A DNA stretch of 64,000 nucleotides, taken from the IMG/VR virus record IMGVR_UViG_3300006115_000009, positions 14,903 to 78,902 of that record; one strand, written 5' to 3'. The notes beneath the pieces are model-generated. The model was not told the DNA's origin, did not search any database, and worked only from the letters and a program-made list of their open reading frames with translations. This document shows positions 63,038 through 64,000 of the stretch, in pieces. Position numbers and translations under genes: made by a program. The stretch comes from a virus. Lineage: Duplodnaviria; Caudoviricetes. The stretch's first letter is position 1. The number at the start of each line of letters is the position of its first letter.

Positions 63038-64000
63038 TTAATCTTCCTGTCCAACTTTGCCAACGTTTTTTGAATCTGCGCGGAAACCGACCATGGCGCA
63101 ACATCCATAGCCTTGTTGTAAAAGTAAACGGCAGCGCTCAAGTCGTTAAGTTTTTCGTAGCATTGACCAAGTTTTTCAAGGGGTTCGTAAGTATGGTACG
63201 GAATCGTCTTTACCCACGTCTTAACCTGACCGGGCTCTCGCAAAGCCGCTCGGTAATAAGGGATTGCTCGTTCCCACTGCTTGTTTGAAAACTCAATGTC
63301 GCCAAGCATTACAAACGCGTCAGGCAATTGTGGCATACAAAAAACGGCGCCAAGAAGCATTTCGCGTTCTTTTTCTTTGTTGCCCAGTTTGTTAAACGAA
63401 CGTGCAGTAAAGAGGTACAAGTCGTAAAGCGAACCATTGTCAAGCGGAAACCTGTGGATTAATTTGTGGTTTTCCACAGCCTGTTGATAACGTCCCAGGT
63501 AATACAATTCCCTAACCCGCAAATAATGATTGCGTGCAGGGTCATCGCCCCTTTTGATAAGGTCCTCAATTATATCGAGGTTTCTTTTACTGGCCGGTTT
63601 TAATTGGCCCTCGGGGTCATCAACAACCAGAAGTTCATCTACTTCCGAGATGGGGTTATCAACTACAAACGCTTCGTGGATAGGCATTACCCAGTGAGGG
63701 TCTGCTGACTTCTTTGCTAAGCGCGGCGTAGCATGGACAACGTACGGATTGCCATTTTCGTCGTATTCGCGGTTAAGAAAACCAACGATGTAATTTACAT
63801 CGCAATTTGGGTCGTCAAAAACAGGGTTGTTTTTAAAGAACTCAAACCGCTCAATGGCGTCGGGGTAGATAACATCTCCCGCGTCAAGCCACATAACCCA
63901 GTCGCCTGTTGTTTTGCTAAGAGCAAAATTACGAGCGGCAGAAAAGTCGTCAATCCATTTAAAATCGTAGACTTCAGCCCCAAGACTTTTTGCTAACTCT
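63034..64000 (-). CDS. GT2 glycosyltransferase with TPR repeats (5' end outside window)
   Basis: WIDDFSAARNFALS...WLDAGD, PIHE, TPRs; open reading to window end. Confidence 0.85.
   Translation of the reverse strand, partial: ELAKSLGAEVYDFKWIDDFSAARNFALSKTTGDWVMWLDAGDVIYPDAIERFEFFKNNPVFDDPNCDVNYIVGFLNREYDENGNPYVVHATPRLAKKSADPHWVMPIHEAFVVDNPISEVDELLVVDDPEGQLKPASKRNLDIIEDLIKRGDDPARNHYLRVRELYYLGRYQQAVENHKLIHRFPLDNGSLYDLYLFTARSFNKLGNKEKEREMLLGAVFCMPQLPDAFVMLGDIEFSNKQWERAIPYYRAALREPGQVKTWVKTIPYHTYEPLEKLGQCYEKLNDLSAAVYFYNKAMDVAPWSVSAQIQKTLAKLDRKIK

Noticed and set aside
1-64000. Alternative genetic code or a diversity-generating retroelement
   Set aside because: Core genes read full length in the standard code and no suppressor tRNA was seen; no reverse transcriptase or TR/VR pair was found

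Overview
64 kb of a large tailed phage genome (Caudoviricetes; a baseplate-J/gp25-type wedge suggests a contractile tail). The host is probably in Actinomycetota, inferred from three WhiB paralogues, GAAAGG-type RBSs, an actinobacterial-type DnaA box and parS sites. Layout: head module (capsid, protease/scaffold, portal, TerL; 1-6.8 kb); tRNAs, dNMP kinase, WhiB and a shuffled Zn-module gene array (9-13.6 kb); a compositionally distinct island (about 14.7-29.7 kb); GroES, tRNAs and a replication/recombination block (DnaB-like, SNF2, RecA, YqaJ, ERF, SSB; 30-48 kb); tail, lysis and glycosyltransferase genes (48-64 kb). The most striking structure is the island. It opens with a non-coding block (20 GGG-containing 8-mer repeats, four DnaA boxes, alternating purine-pyrimidine tracts). 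An array of about 23 self-contained expression cassettes follows. Each has a 16-bp dyad ATCGCGC-NN-GCGCGAT (30 perfect-arm copies counted by eye), 13-16 bp, a -10 hexamer (mostly TGn-extended), usually a leader hairpin with an RNANG loop, GAAAGG, one to three ORFs (ArdA-like, ArdC, MoxR/vWA, many small acidic or membrane proteins) and usually a terminator-like hairpin. Four dyads also appear to drive divergent promoters, and two perfect host-type parS sites sit directly after cassette stop codons. All calls were made by eye, without database searches.
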